DNA of 64,000 nucleotides. It comes from Cirrosporium novae-zelandiae (lineage: Eukaryota). A program made the position numbers and the translations under genes. The stretch is from contig JAPETS010000020.1 of NCBI GenBank assembly GCA_026023565.1, forward strand, positions 372,001 through 436,000, written 5' to 3'. A model generated the notes under the pieces. It did not search any database. It was not told where the DNA came from and saw only the letters and a list, made by a program, of their open reading frames with translations. The number at the start of each line of letters is the position of its first letter. The first letter of the stretch is position 1. Shown one piece after another: positions 35,071 to 48,329 of the stretch.

Positions 35071-36724
35071 ATGATACTCCTTGGCCTGTTGAATTCCATC
35101 TTTCTCTTGGCTTTGTGCTGTCAATATGTATGTACGGCTCTAATTGAGCGCCGGCAAACTTGTCGCTAGACTAAAGTTGCTATTCTGTAAGCACTTGCCT
35201 TATCACCATCTTGATCAAGTATCTACTAACGTATGGTTAGAGGAGCTGGTGTCGCTGGTATTACGGCCGCTGTGAGTATTTACTATTATTTGTTTTCATT
35301 TCTCTTAAGCTATACAGCAAGCATTATCCAATCAATCTGTCCATGACTTTCTGATCGTTGAGTACAACGATTATATCGGCGGAAGAGCTGCGCATAGCGA
35401 TTTCGGTGTGAACCCGGATGGGAAACCTTACGTTGTAAAGCTTGGGACACATTAGATTCAAGGGCTTGGAACTAAAGGAGGCCTTGAGAATCTTATCTGG
35501 GCATTTATAGGCTTTTGAGCTCTGCGACTAAACGATTCAAGTTTCTGGATGAATACTGACAATTATAGGTCAAAAATATAATATAATCAATACGCAAGCT
35601 TCCTCCAATTTCACAAGGCCAATATCTCTCTAATTTTTCCCTAGATATTCTGACTACAGCTCTATAACCACGTATGATGAAACGGAGTCAACAGATTACA
35701 CCTCGCTTCTCGATGAATATGAGGACTTCTACACTATTATCGAACAAGTTTCTAGTATTATTCTATCAGACAATCTACAAGATACTAGCACGAGAGCGGG
35801 ACTCGGTAAAGCTGGCTGGAAGCCGCAGCAAGATCACCATATGCAGGCAATAGAGTGGTGGGCTTGGGATTGGGAATATGCGCATTCCCCCGAGGAGACT
35901 TTGTTGGAGTTTTGCATCGTTAATTATGTGAGCTTGTCTAAGTTTCTCATATCTTCTTGATATTTACGAGTCTTCTGTTTCCAAAATTGTCTTTCGGCAG
36001 GCTAATATTAGTCATTGGAAAGAACACATCGTTCTACCAATTCTCCGATAAGAACAACTTTTTTCATGACTCACGGGGCTTTAATGCTTTTATTATAGGC
36101 GAGGCTTCAACATTTCTTTCAGCCAACGACCCTCGTCTCCTTTTGAATGCCATTGTAACAAACATCGAATACAATGACAACGACGTAACGATTTGGAACG
36201 AGGATGGCTCTTGTATCAGCGCGGACTACGCCATTTGCACATCCTCGTTAGTACAAATATATTCGTCCTCTCTGCAATACATCCCCCGAACCTCAACCAA
36301 CAACCTCGGAGTCCTCCAAAACGATGTCATAATCTTCACCTCCCCTTTACCCCATTGGAAAATTCATGTACCCGAAATGGTGCACACTTCCGTGGGCCCG
36401 CGGTAGCTATTCCAACTAGCCTCCCGGCATGAAACTCGAACGGCACCAGAATCTACGCTCCCCCGTTCCCGCTGGTGACCGCAATCTCTCAAAACGCCTT
36501 TGGTTTGCAGGTGAAGCCACGTCGGCGGAGTGCTTTGGGTTCCTACAAGGCGCGTGGTTCGAGGAGAGAGAGGCGGGATAAATGTTAGGGCGTGCGAGAG
36601 AAATGGAGGGTGCCTTCCTGGGGCTGGGGGTATTGCTTACGAGGCTTTGACTGGGACGACTGGGGTAGAGGAGTATGGGGAAGTGAATGGGTGGATGATT
36701 TCAAGCATTTTGAAGTACAGATAG
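35071..36724 (+). pseudogene. Secreted flavin-dependent (poly)amine oxidase pseudogene
   Basis: Signal peptide, TKVAIL|GAGVAGITAA, FLIVEYNDYIGGR, EWWAWDWEYAHSPEE, ADYAICT..LGVLQND, RLWFAGEATSAECFGFLQGAWFEG. In-frame TAG at 35167, 35453 (H*IQG, expected W) and 36417 (SYSN*PP, expected W), plus an apparent internal deletion after SPLPHWK. Confidence 0.85.
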
Positions 36725-37917
36725 GGGTATACGGGTTGAAGACATTAGACTACGTGTTTGTTTGGTTGAGATAAGATGCGTATAGGATTGGCAGATGGGT
36801 GGTGTAGTAGGCGCAGCCTGAAAGAAGTGAGATGAAGCACCAGGGTCTGATATCAGTTAACTATATCTCGAAGACCAGTGCCATCCAATCTAGACATCAT
36901 CCAATGCTTCTCTTTTCACAGCAAACAAAGCACGAATAGATGGACAGGACTCGAATGGAAATACCATCCATTCACACTTTCCACGTTCATTTTATCAAAC
37001 TCCTCCTTGCTAATATATAGAAACAATAGCATCACAACATCCACTGCAGAACATTCCACTCATATACTTATATATGAGGGTATGTAGAAAGTTATAGTAT
37101 TAAGGAGGTTGGTCGCTTGGAGTCGGGGGTCGTTGGTCCCGATATGGGGCACGTGGAGGAAGGGGGTGGCAGGGTGGAACCGAAAGCAACACCACGGTTT
37201 ATCTATTTGCTCCTCGTACGACTCCTACCTTAGCTCACCATCTATTATACAATATAATCTCCAACAAAGCATGAGACGACATGGCAATACTTGAAGAAAA
37301 TCATCAACACAATCTTGTCATGCGAAGGAAGATGCTTCCAATAATCAATCGATGACATTTCTCGGCTCGGGATACTGTGAAATATCTGAAACCATTTGCA
37401 CGAGACCAAGGTCCAAAACCGCCACAAGACATTGAAGGGCAAGACCAAAAGATTTTCTGAGGTTCAAGAATAATAAGATCTCGGATATGCCGTATCTTCT
37501 GAACCTGCTCGTGTTCGTTCTCCTGATGTAATCCTTGTACGTCAGTACCCTTTTACCGGATCGTCTATTTTCAGCTCAGCTACTTAAGTAGATATTTGCC
37601 TTGCTTTTTTTTTGCCTTGGCTAGCTTTTATTTTTACTCTTGTCTTGATCTTGTACTCTTACAACCATTTTGTTTTTACTTTGGGATACTACCCCAAGAC
37701 TCAAGACTCAAGGCTAGGCTGAACTTTGTCCCTCTAATCTCGTATCTTGCTTGACATTTGCGCTTGCCTAAGCTCCCCTTGCATCACGTCAGTTGCCAAC
37801 TACTAACATATTTTCTCTTTAAGAAGCACAAGAAGTCTTTGCTTCCCTTAAATGTCACAGCAAGAACCTTTCAGTTTATAAAAAATTGTGAAACCAGCAA
37901 CCTACTAACCTTCAACC

Positions 37918-38817
37918 ATGTATGCCCTCAACCTACTGTATGTCCTTCTTACTGCCCTCCTTCCCTCCTACCTCACCGTCTGCTCCTCCTTGCTAAAACG
38001 AGACAACAATACCATGGCAACCTTTGCTGTAATGGCCCTCCGCTCCGCCTCCCCCATCCATTTTGGTCAGGTAAATGCAAACGGAAATCGCTTCTGGATC
38101 TACAAGTCAACTGCAACATGGTGTCCCGGGGAGTTTGGAGCTGAAGGCATCAACTGCAGCACCTACAACAATGCAACTGCATTTATATTTTTCAACGAGC
38201 GTGTAAATATGGATGTGGCTGTTTCGGGGGGTCAGATGGTTCGTTTTGAAGTGCAATCCAAATTCTCTCTCTCTTACTCTATCCCTAACATCAGCACTAC
38301 TAAAAAAACGATGGCGATAATAAAAGATAACTAACATTTCCCCCCCGCATTCAATCGCTGATCTGAAAGCTAGGTCTATGTTGCGCCTACAGGTGAACTA
38401 GGCTACACCCACGCCTTTACAGCCGACATCCCCATAGGCTCCACAACAACCGGCTTCACATATACGTCTGCAGGCGGTTCTGCAGTCCTTGGATATTTTT
38501 CCACCCCAGTTGGTCTCAGCGCTTGCGAACAGTCTGATGGGACTTGGAAAGTGTATGGTGCACCGCCAAATCCCCCTTTGAGCAACGGAACTGTGTGTTT
38601 GGGATGTAAGTTGTCATGATTTTTCTTTCCTCGTTGTGTGTCATTGTGTGTGTCAAATGTGTTGTATCTGAGGTGCATGGGACAATGGCACGTCGTTTTC
38701 TTTTCTGTTCCTCTTAGCTTTTTAGAAGCTAACGGTTTGGGCGTACGTACCTACATAGTCGATGCGGCCGCCGAGACATTTAATAGTTCCACGCCTGAGG
38801 CATATGAGTACATCTAA
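37918..38817 (+). CDS. Small secreted cell-wall protein, PhiA/IgE-binding-protein-like (3 exons)
   Basis: Signal peptide plus KR site; FAVMALRSASPIHF, TATWCP, VSGGQM|VYVAPTGELGYTHA, SACEQSDGTWKVY, VCLGF|DAAA..AYEYI*; 4 Cys in the mature part. Confidence 0.78.
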
Positions 38818-38949
38818 TTAAGTAGCTGGCTACTAAGAGACGAGATGGGGGAGGGAAGGGCGAAACATAAACGTGATTCGGGGGGCCTACAGTACGAGGG
38901 AGTAAACTTGAGATGGATTTTCGTTGTTGCTCTCGGTAGAAAAATAGCT

Positions 38950-39096
38950 AAAGGGGTTGTGGTTTGAATGGAAGGATAACAATAATAATAATGATAATGA
39001 TAATGGTAATAGTAATGTTCATTTGGCAACTCTGCTACTATTGCTATTAAGTGCTATTGCTATTGCTATGCTACTGCTGGGGATTGTTTTCATCCA

Positions 39097-39127
<31 letters not shown>

Positions 39128-40690
39128 TCAAAACAAAGGAATTCTTCGATATCTATAAAAAGGGGCCATGTAAGGGGTAGAGGGAGTACTAGATCAGATC
39201 TGTTGTCCTTGTCTTTTTTTTTTTTTTTTTTTTTTCTTCTTTTTCTTCTTCTTCTTCTTCATATTGGTTTCTTTTCTTATCTCTTATGGTCCGTTTTAAC
39301 TCTAATATATATATATATATATATAATATCTACTAACTCACTTACTCGCTCACACTCGACGTAACCCTTCCTACCAAAGCAAAAATAAAATAAATAAATA
39401 AATAAATAGGATTCTTGATATTGAGTGAGTGAGTGAGTGAGTGAGTGAGTGAGTGAGAGAACCGATTTATGTATGTAGGGGTGAATCCTTATTATCATGA
39501 AAAAAAGAAAAAAAGAAAAGAAAAGAAAAGAAAAGGGGACTATAGATTAGAAGAAAGGGAAAGAAAGCTACCTGTCCTGCTTACTTGCTTGTTTGCTTAT
39601 TTCACATGACTTCAAACCGTTTTAAACCCTAGGAAAGAAAGAAAGAAAGAAATAATTGTAAATGAATTTAACCCCCCTGTTAAAGCCCCCCCACATCCCC
39701 ACGTCCTTGTTCCCCTCAATGTTCGTTCCCCCCCCCACACACTTCTCTCTCTCTCTCTCTCTCATCAATTACTATAGTAAAACCAAACAAACAAACAAAC
39801 CAAAAAAAAAAAAAAGCCAAGCTAAGCTACACCTCAACCCCAACCCCAACTTTCTTTATCATTTATTTTATTTTATTCTAAATTATACATACATACACAA
39901 AAAGAAAGAGAAGAAAAAGAAAATATATATCGTTTTCTAATATTATTTTTTAACTATTTTAGAAGAGGGGAAAGGGGGAAAGGGAAAAAAGGTTTTTTTT
40001 TTTTTTTTTATCCGATAGATTATTCCCTTTGAGGTTTTGATATATTTACCCGAGTATCCTTGCACTTATAGTAAGTTGCATACATACATATGTACCTATG
40101 TACCCCTTTCGGGATAATATAACGGCTAGACTACTCGAGTATATATATCCTAGACATATAGTCTATAGATATATATAAGAAATAAGCTGCATAAGGTCGG
40201 TTGGTTGGTTGGGTTCAGGGGTTTTTTACTTCCCCTCCCTCCCTCCCACATTCACATCCACATCCACATCACATCACATACATAGTCTAATGCACCAAGG
40301 GGGGATATGGAACCTATCGGGTCAATGTCAATAATATCAGTCTATATTCTGCTCTTATTTTATTATATCTTATGTATCTATATCCATGATTGATACTGTG
40401 GTACTGTGGTACATGATGAAGGGACCTCGGCTTTCGCTTTCGCTTTCGTGTGTGTGTATATGCTAGCTATACTTGTGCCCATAGATATAGATATAGCATA
40501 AATCCCATCATCATAACCATCACCACGCATTATGGTTTTTTTTTTCTCTAGAATATGTAAACCCCCCTCCCCCCCACGCCCCGCCATTAATCAATTTCCT
40601 GAAATTCACAAAAAAAAAAACTCATATATATTCTAATATTCTATATCTATCCCTACTCAACCCTACACCAAACAAACCCCCCTTGTGCAA
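38950..40690. repeat. Low-complexity microsatellite-rich intergenic spacer
   Basis: (ATT)n, (TA)n, (GAGT)n, (AAAG)n, (CT)n, (CACAT)n, poly-T and poly-A; ORF-track hits are homopolymeric artefacts. Confidence 0.85.
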
Positions 40691-40692
40691 TT

Positions 40693-42911
40693 ATGTTCAA
40701 TTACCGAATATATATCCTCACAGTCACAGCCTGTCTAGGTAGTTTTCTCTTCGGCTATGGTACGTCTATCTACTACATTTCCTTTCCCACAACCTCCCTC
40801 CCCCAAAAAAAAACTAACTCTTTATAGACACCGGCTTCATAGGCGGCGCCACAACCCTCACCTCCTTCCACCACTCCTTCAACATAACCCCCTCCACCTC
40901 TGCCCAAATAACCGGAAACGTAGTCGCCGCCCTCCAAGCCGGCTGTTTTTTCGGCTCCATCCTCATGGCCTTCTTCACCGATAAATTAGGTCGCAAGAAG
41001 GGATTGATGGTGGCGGCCGGCGTTATGGCTGTGGGGTCGGTGATGCAGACGGTGGCGGAGGGGAGGTTGGGGTTGTTTTATGCGGGGAGGGTTGTAAGTG
41101 GGGTGGGGGTGGGGGCGGCCAGTATGTTGGTGCCGACGTATGTGGGGGAGATGAGTCCGAGGGGAATTAGGGGGAGACTTTGTATGTGTGGCTTTATTTT
41201 TTTTTTTTTTTCCCCGACCAACGTTTTATTTTGTGTTCGCTTTGCAACTCTTATCCCTCTTAAGATAATACCCTCATAGCCTAAAAGGGAGGGTAAATCC
41301 TACCTCTTCCCCCACCCCCCACTACCTACCGCCCTCCCCCTTCCCCAACCAACCCCACTAACCCCCACCCACAACAAGTAACCCTCTACGGCTTCTTCAT
41401 ATTCCTTGGCATCGCCATCGCCTACTGGGTCGACTACGCCTGCACCTCCCTCCTCCCCTCCACATCCCCAAATCAATGGCGCATTCCCGTCGCTCTCCAA
41501 ATCCTCCCCGCCGCTGGCCTCCTCCTCGGAATCCTCTTCTGTCGGGAATCTCCGCGCTGGCTGATTCGGAAGGGTCGCACCGAGGAGGCCCTCGAGAATT
41601 TGATCTATATTCGGTATTATGATCATCATCAGGAAAGTAGTAGTGGTGGTGGTGATGGTGATGGTGGTGGGGATGCGGATGCGGGTGCGGAGACGGAAAC
41701 CCGGGAAGAGTTTCTTGAGATTTGCGAGAGCGTGCGGATGGAAGCCGAGGTGAGGCATGGGGTTGGCGTGAGGGAAATGTGGGCGCGGGGAAATCGGAGG
41801 AGAGTGGCGTTGGGGTTTGGGGTTATGGTTTGTCAGCAGCTTAGTGGGACGGTTACGTTTACTTATGTGAGTTTCTCCCTTTCCCTATAATTAATTTACC
41901 CCCTTCCCCACGCAAAATCCCAACTAAGCCGCTAACCAAAAAAAAAAAAAAAGTATGCTCCCCAATTCTTCACCGAAGTTGGAATCTCCTCCAGTAGCAC
42001 GGGCCTCTTCGCAACCGGAATCTATGGAATCGTAAAGACGGTCGCTACGATGTTGTTCCTGCTGTTTGTGATCGACCGTGTTGGGCGGCGACCGTCTTTG
42101 ATCTGTGGTGCTGTGGGCATGGCAATCACGATGCTCGTGGTTGCGTGCGTGCTGGCGACGCATCCGGTTTCTCAGTCCCAATCTGGGGACGGGGATGGGA
42201 AAGGGGGGGTTTCCAGCGCCAGTTACGCCATGATTGTTATGATATATCTTTTCTGTGTTAGCTATGCGTGTAGCTGGGGGCCGGTGCCGTGGACATATGT
42301 TGGGTATGTTGGCTTTCTCTTTCCTTCCCCCCCCAAATCCAATCTCACAACCATAGTGAAATCTACCCGAACCGCATCCGAGAATACTGCATCGCTATGG
42401 CGGCGTCAACGCAATGGGCGTTCAACTACTGTATATCGAAAATCGTGCCCATTGCCATTGCGAATATTGGGTGGCGAGTCTTTTTGATGTTTGCAATTTT
42501 TAATATTGGTATGTTGGGTTCTCTGTTTCTTTTTTTTTCTTGGGGGTGGGGAGAGGGTTTATTTGTATTCGTGGTTTCGAGGAAGCAGAACCCGTGGTTT
42601 CTTTCTTTGATCTCATCCATCACCCACCCATCATCCAAAACAACCCCAGCTAACTCTTGCCCCATTCCCCTCTCGGGGCTTCCTCGGGGTTCCTAGCAAT
42701 CACCATATTCACAATTTTATTCGTAAAAGAGACCAAGGGAGTGGCGCTGGAAGAGATGGAGGGGGTTTTTGAGGGCGTTGGGGTAGATGTTGAGAAGAAG
42801 GCGGAGGGGAAGGGGGAACAGGTTGAGGATGTTTATGTTGAGGGGGGGGTGGGAGAGGTAAAGATAGGGGAGATAGAGGAGAAGGGTAAGAAGGGGTCGC
42901 CCACAAGCTAG
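40693..42911 (+). CDS. MFS sugar porter, quinate-permease-like, multi-exon
   Basis: MFNYRIYILTVTACLGSFLFGY|DTGFIGG, DKLGRK, GRVVSGVGVG, YVGEMSPRGIRG, QWRIPVALQ, RESPRWL, QQLSG, IDRVGRR, SWGPVPWTY..EIYP, VKETKGVALEEME. Confidence 0.9.
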
Positions 42912-43015
42912 TTCAACATACATGATAGACTGAGAACCAAATTTGGGATTGAAAAGCAGAAAGAAAATAAAAATCATAACGTCATCAACACCGCTTTTTT
43001 ACACCAGATCGGCTT

Positions 43016-45430
43016 CTATCGCTCTTTGCCATAGCCTCTTTTTGACCCCTTCCCGCCCGTAACCGGAGTACGGATTCTGGAAGGCTTTCCAATACGAACC
43101 TTGCGCACTTCGTAGTATACCTCCGATTCTATTTCCGAAGCTGAGGCCCACGGCATGTCTGACTGGATGTCTTTGTGCTTGTGTTGAGTGGAGGGATTGG
43201 TCGAGTGAGCGGTTGATGGAGATGATGGCGGGTGACTGTATTTAGAGCGAGCTGAACGTGAAGTAGACTCGGATGGCCTTAGTCTTTCGTACGGTCTGAT
43301 CAAATCGTTCGCTGTCAGTTGAGACCTCTCCTCTCGCCTCTCGCCTCGGTGTCGGCGTGTCTTTTTATGATCCTTAGGATACTTTGGTAAGTGGCCCTTT
43401 GTAATTTCTGGGTAAAATTGTGGACTGGTCATGGTAGGAACTGCTTTATCTTTGAGACTTGAACGGGTCACGGAAGGAGTGGCAGTATGGACACTTGAAC
43501 TTGTATATGAAAATCCGGATCGTCTATGACTTTGTTTCCCATCAAAACTGTCCGTTCTAGTAGGCATCGAGGGTGGACGAGCTGTTATTGGCGTCAAATA
43601 TATACTATTTCCGCTTTCTCTTCTTCCTCTAGCGTGCCTTCGGTGTTTATGACGGGAGGAAGAGGACCGCGAGCTAGGCGTAGTTGGAGAGAACTCTATA
43701 TTGACTCCTTGTTCTGTCTTATGTCTTACAGTCCTCGATCGACGACACGAATAGTTTCCTCGCCCATCTTTATGGCTAAACCTGAATTTGGGTTCTGACG
43801 TAATAGCTCTATGGCCAGAGCTATGGAATGAAGATTCTAGCGATTCACCACTCAGGCCGTCATAGGGATTATCAGTTCTGGCAGCCCTGGGATCTAACTG
43901 AGTATTGATAGGCGATATAACCACATGTCTTCGACCTTTGGCTTCGAATTCATCAAGCGCGGGATCTGAACATAAGGGGGTTACGTTGTTCCCTGTTCGG
44001 TAGTCCTTGGTCTTTCTATGACAGGAAGCATTAGGGTGATTGGCCTTGCATGCTGATGCCTTGTTCCCCAATTTATACTCTTTTAAATGTCTAGTCCCTG
44101 TGGAGGTTAGAATATTGCCGCCAAACACATCCTTTTCCTCTGTCCCACGGTTGGCCGCAGTTTGTCTTTCATCTCGAATTTTGTCCTGATCCTGATGACC
44201 GCCATGGTTCCGCACATCCTCGGCCCGCAATCTTATTCTTGAGATTGTGGAACCCTCGTTGAAGTAAAGTTCCGCAGCTTTTGTAGCCCTGCTGTCATAA
44301 TAGATGTTGCTAACTTCGCTTTTGGTCCATTTTCCATGAGAACAATGCTGGGGCTCATTTATGCTTTCGTAGGAATCAGTCCATGTCGAAGGCGTAGGAT
44401 AATCTAAAGATGTCGACAATGAAGATCAGAAGGATGAGGGAGAGCTTTGATAACAACTGTGGGGTTTGATATCATCGCCTAAATTCTCATACACTCTTTC
44501 AGATACAATTTCTCCATTTTTATATCCACCAAAGCTTACGGCAGGATTTCTGCCCTTATCCTAGATCCATCCATGATCTATTATCCAACTGTCTTTATCT
44601 TGGCCTATATTATTACCTAGCCCGAGAGAAGAGATTGTGATGTCGGAACCAGAAGATCTGATAGTCGGCATTGGAGGAATGTAAGTCGAAGTAGATTCCT
44701 TCGCCGATGGCACGTGTTTGAAGGGCGGAACGGAGGAAAAGGAGGAATGCTTTGGAGGATATTTAGATGTAAAATTGGGAACAGAATCCTTATGGAGGCT
44801 TTTGCGAGGATCCCATCGATTCCCGTTTCTCGTATAACTTTCGTTCTTTTGATGAGTTCGATGGTGTACCCAAACTTCATCTCCATTGGCGCCATTATTT
44901 TCCGGGTAGTCACTTCTCATAAACGAGGGTTTGTCTGAGAACGGGGTTTGTGGGTAACTGTAGAAAGTTGTCGAATAATCTGAGGTCTGGCCTCTTGAAA
45001 ATTGGCCTCCCTGAGGATTGGAAGTTTGTCTTGGGGATAAGGTACCCAAGATGGACTGCTTAACAAATGCTGTCCCTATATCAACCATCTCGTCTTTCCT
45101 AGTCGCAAGGTTTTCATTGTCATCGCTAGGACGCTCGTCCTTCTGGTCCTTTTTCTTATCCACATCGTAATAGTCCGGCTCGAATAGTATGGATATCTTG
45201 ATGTGACAGCATACTGGACAGCTCAGTCTCTCCTCGCCATAGCTATCTATGTGTTGAATGGATTGTCTTGCTTCACAGAAGCCAGCTGTCCCGCTAGCTA
45301 TCCGGTTAGGGCATTTGTAAGTTTTAACAAAGTAGTGAACACGAATACCCTTGCGATCAGAGAAGATGCCTTTTTCGCCTGTTCGGACCCCCTTGCAATT
45401 CTCATGAGGAATATTGACCTTAAAGCACAT
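43016..45430 (-). pseudogene. Long Cys-motif + Ser/Arg-rich disordered ORF interrupted by two in-frame stops (or two separate genes)
   Basis: ORFs 44561..45430 and 43016..44419 share one frame. The 141-nt gap translates DKGRNPAVSFGGYKNGEIVSERVYENLGDDIKPHSCYQSSPSSF*SS, with TAG 44561-44563 and TGA 44426-44428 as the only breaks. The downstream ORF starts on a non-ATG codon. N-terminus MC..C..H..C..C..CPVC. Confidence 0.55.
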
Positions 45431-46683
45431 GGTGGGTAGTGAAACACTAGAGGAAAGCTCAAAAGCTAATCAAAACCCAAAACCGAAGAATTTCGACGTC
45501 TCTAGTAAGAGAGTTGAGGATAGAGCTCTGTAATTTCTTTTGACTGGTAGCTGTTTGGTATATTGAAAGTGAGAGTAGGAGTGCTGAAGGTGTAGCTGGA
45601 AAGACATAAACACTAGTTAGGCCATACAAAATTTGCTGTGTTGATGAAGAGGAATACCATGGCACGGTCTAGGCAAATCGATAGAACACAAGGACTTCAA
45701 ACATATGGACGTATTCAGCTTACTTAGAGATCTCTCTACACGTTGAATGCTCACGCTTTTCTTCAATGATACGCACAACGAGACCAAACTTGGTTAAAAT
45801 TCTACTTGCTGTTACTCACCGTAATATTTTCACACATCCCTTCTCAGCGCTTGACACCTTCAACTTGAATCAAGATCCATCAACCCTGGTAGGAATTCTA
45901 TAGAAACTCAACTTCAATCTTCAAAATGCTAGAAAAGGCTGCCCTCCCCTTTGCCACCTTTCTTTTGATGCATATTTATCGAGCTAATGTCAGCACTATC
46001 CTCAGGCCTTATCACAGCCAAATGCGATCGAGAAATTTATCCACGCCATCTCTTCAACTCTCCTGAAGCCATGCGAATGCTTGAGAACATAATATCGTTT
46101 CATAATGGGGTGCTAGAAGACAATTAGAGAAACGCTGAGACAAGAAAATAGATGGCTTTTGCTGGCAAGTGGCGGTTGCTTTGTTGTGTTAGTACGTGCA
46201 AAACACTATTGCGAACTGAGGCTCATAGAGCTATCAACAAGATAAATCTAGGAGGTCTGTATACATTTGGTTAATACATGGAAGTATATAAAGCGTAGCT
46301 AATTAACCATAGTGATTGTGGAGGATTGTCGGTCTTGGGGTTATGTGGATGTTCTGGGTGCATCACTCGATGCCTGACGCCTTGTTCCACAATTCACTGA
46401 ATGATTTCACGTCGCCTATGATCCAATAACTAAAAGAAAGCAGTAGAGTGAATTAAAATAACACTTTTTTATACAAGGTCACTGACGGATGAAAGTAGGC
46501 TCCGATCGGCAACAATGAAGCCGAAAGACATGAACCAAAAGTCGTTAGTACAAATACCTTTGATAGAAAAATAACCTTGATCCTACCAACTCAACGTTAT
46601 TTACCATCACTCTGGCAATATGAGATGGAGAGCTTAGCTTTACCTTATCATTGCTTTCTTTTGTGTCTCCTGCCCTCGATGAA

Positions 46684-48297
46684 ATGCGCTTCAAGCTGTC
46701 CCTTCTAGTTAGAACCATAGTCTTTTTCGGGCTGTGTTACTTGGTTCTGCAGTTATCCGGTAGCCGATCCCCTGATACATCTCCATCGGACGAGTACATC
46801 CAGCCTCCTATCACAGTCAACGATCAAAACTTCAAATTATCTACAGATACAGTCGAAAAGAGCTACGAAACCCCCAAACCAATCCCCGTGGTAATCAGCG
46901 AGAGTACCTTGAAAATTATCCAATCCGCCGATGACGACTCTCCTGTAAAATATCACAGACCTGCAAACACTCTACCTCTCCCAGCCCCCTATAGCGAGGA
47001 TGATATTGGAAAAGGCGGCTCGGGTTGGTGTCAAAGCCACTATGGCTTAAAGTACCTCTACGACCTAAAAAAGAGTCGACGTTCCTACTGCAAACCTAGC
47101 TCCTCCGCCTCGTCTCTTGACTGTTTCGGTGTTGACATTTCCGGCGAGAGAGTCGATACTCTTTGCATTGCTGGATCTGTGATATTTGATCCAGGCCTTT
47201 TTACCCTCGATTGCGATTTGAATGACTGGGATGGGGAAACACAATATTTCAAGGGTGGACCTCCACTAAGGATCGAGGAGTTTCCTCAATATGATGCATA
47301 CGGCGTTGGACCAGGAACTATGCTATCTCAATACATGAAGGTTGGGCATGACTCGGGCACCAAAAGATTATGGAGAGACTTGAAATGCGGCAAAAGTCCG
47401 TCCGCTCGCAATTACACAATCTTTATGAAACGTGAAGGTGGTACAAATCTTTGGCACACTCTGATGGAAATATTCTCCCTTTTCCTCTCTATGGATGTCC
47501 TCCAGATGACGGCACAATTGTCAGATGGCGAAATGCAACCCATGTTCCAGCCCTCCGATATCCCTAATTCTCGAATCATTCTATTTGATAATAACCAGGA
47601 ACGGGTGGCCTACCAGGATCTCTGGCACGCATTTACTGGACAGCCGACTATAAACTTTTCGGATATGCCAACAGATGAATTGGAGTGCTTGGAAAACGTG
47701 ATTATGCCGTTACCGGGGGCCAGTAATCCTTTGTGGCAGGGGGACTGGGTGCCTATAATATGCACCGATTCACCCTTAGTCAAAGCATTCAGCCAAAGAA
47801 TTCTCTCTCATTATCAAGTATTGGATCACTATAATACATCTACAGTCACCTTAACGTTCATAAATAGACAAGGACAACGCAAATTCTTGGATCAGGATCA
47901 TCACTTGAAGCAGCTCCAGTCTCGATATCCCCGTATCAAAGTCCAGTCAATTGATTTCGCAGCATTGACATTCCCTGAGCAGCTTCGGGTTATAAGGAAA
48001 ACAAACATTCTCGTCGGGGTACATGGCGCAGGGCTAACGCATCAAATGTTTTTACGCAACGGCTCCACGGTTGTGGAAATACAACCTCCTGACATGTTTC
48101 ACAAGGGTTTTTCTAATCTGGCAAGGCTGCTTAACCACCGCTATGTAAGTGCTCATAGCTCTGAAACTGAACGGTCCCAGGAGATTATGATAGATGATGG
48201 GCAGGAAGTGGATCCAAATGATTGGCATTTCAAAGATATGAAGATGGAGGATGACGATTTTCTTCGCTTGATGAAAAGAGCAATAGAGACTGTATAA
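46684..48297 (+). CDS. Glycosyltransferase family 61 (DUF563 / EOGT-like), type II membrane protein, intronless
   Basis: N-terminal anchor after MRFKLSLLVR, KREGGTNLWHTLMEI, PLPGASNPLWQGDW, TFINR, EQLRVIRKTNILVGVHGAGLTHQMFL, VVEIQP, GFSNLA. Confidence 0.85.
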   Translation: MRFKLSLLVRTIVFFGLCYLVLQLSGSRSPDTSPSDEYIQPPITVNDQNFKLSTDTVEKSYETPKPIPVVISESTLKIIQSADDDSPVKYHRPANTLPLPAPYSEDDIGKGGSGWCQSHYGLKYLYDLKKSRRSYCKPSSSASSLDCFGVDISGERVDTLCIAGSVIFDPGLFTLDCDLNDWDGETQYFKGGPPLRIEEFPQYDAYGVGPGTMLSQYMKVGHDSGTKRLWRDLKCGKSPSARNYTIFMKREGGTNLWHTLMEIFSLFLSMDVLQMTAQLSDGEMQPMFQPSDIPNSRIILFDNNQERVAYQDLWHAFTGQPTINFSDMPTDELECLENVIMPLPGASNPLWQGDWVPIICTDSPLVKAFSQRILSHYQVLDHYNTSTVTLTFINRQGQRKFLDQDHHLKQLQSRYPRIKVQSIDFAALTFPEQLRVIRKTNILVGVHGAGLTHQMFLRNGSTVVEIQPPDMFHKGFSNLARLLNHRYVSAHSSETERSQEIMIDDGQEVDPNDWHFKDMKMEDDDFLRLMKRAIETV

Positions 48298-48329
48298 TAA
48301 ATTTTTATGATTTGTGTATAACATTTATC

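Noticed and set aside
38957..39940. Poly-Ile/Phe/Asn/Lys ORFs
   Set aside because: Translations of microsatellites and homopolymer runs.
1679..45430. Genome-wide reassignment of UAG to Trp or Gln
   Set aside because: TAG is the normal terminator of intact genes here (nucleoside hydrolase, bioDA, FMO), and the GMC and PAO relics also have frameshifts, deletions or other stops.
45750..46100. Possible minus-strand gene remnant
   Set aside because: Protein-like fragments but too decayed to assign.
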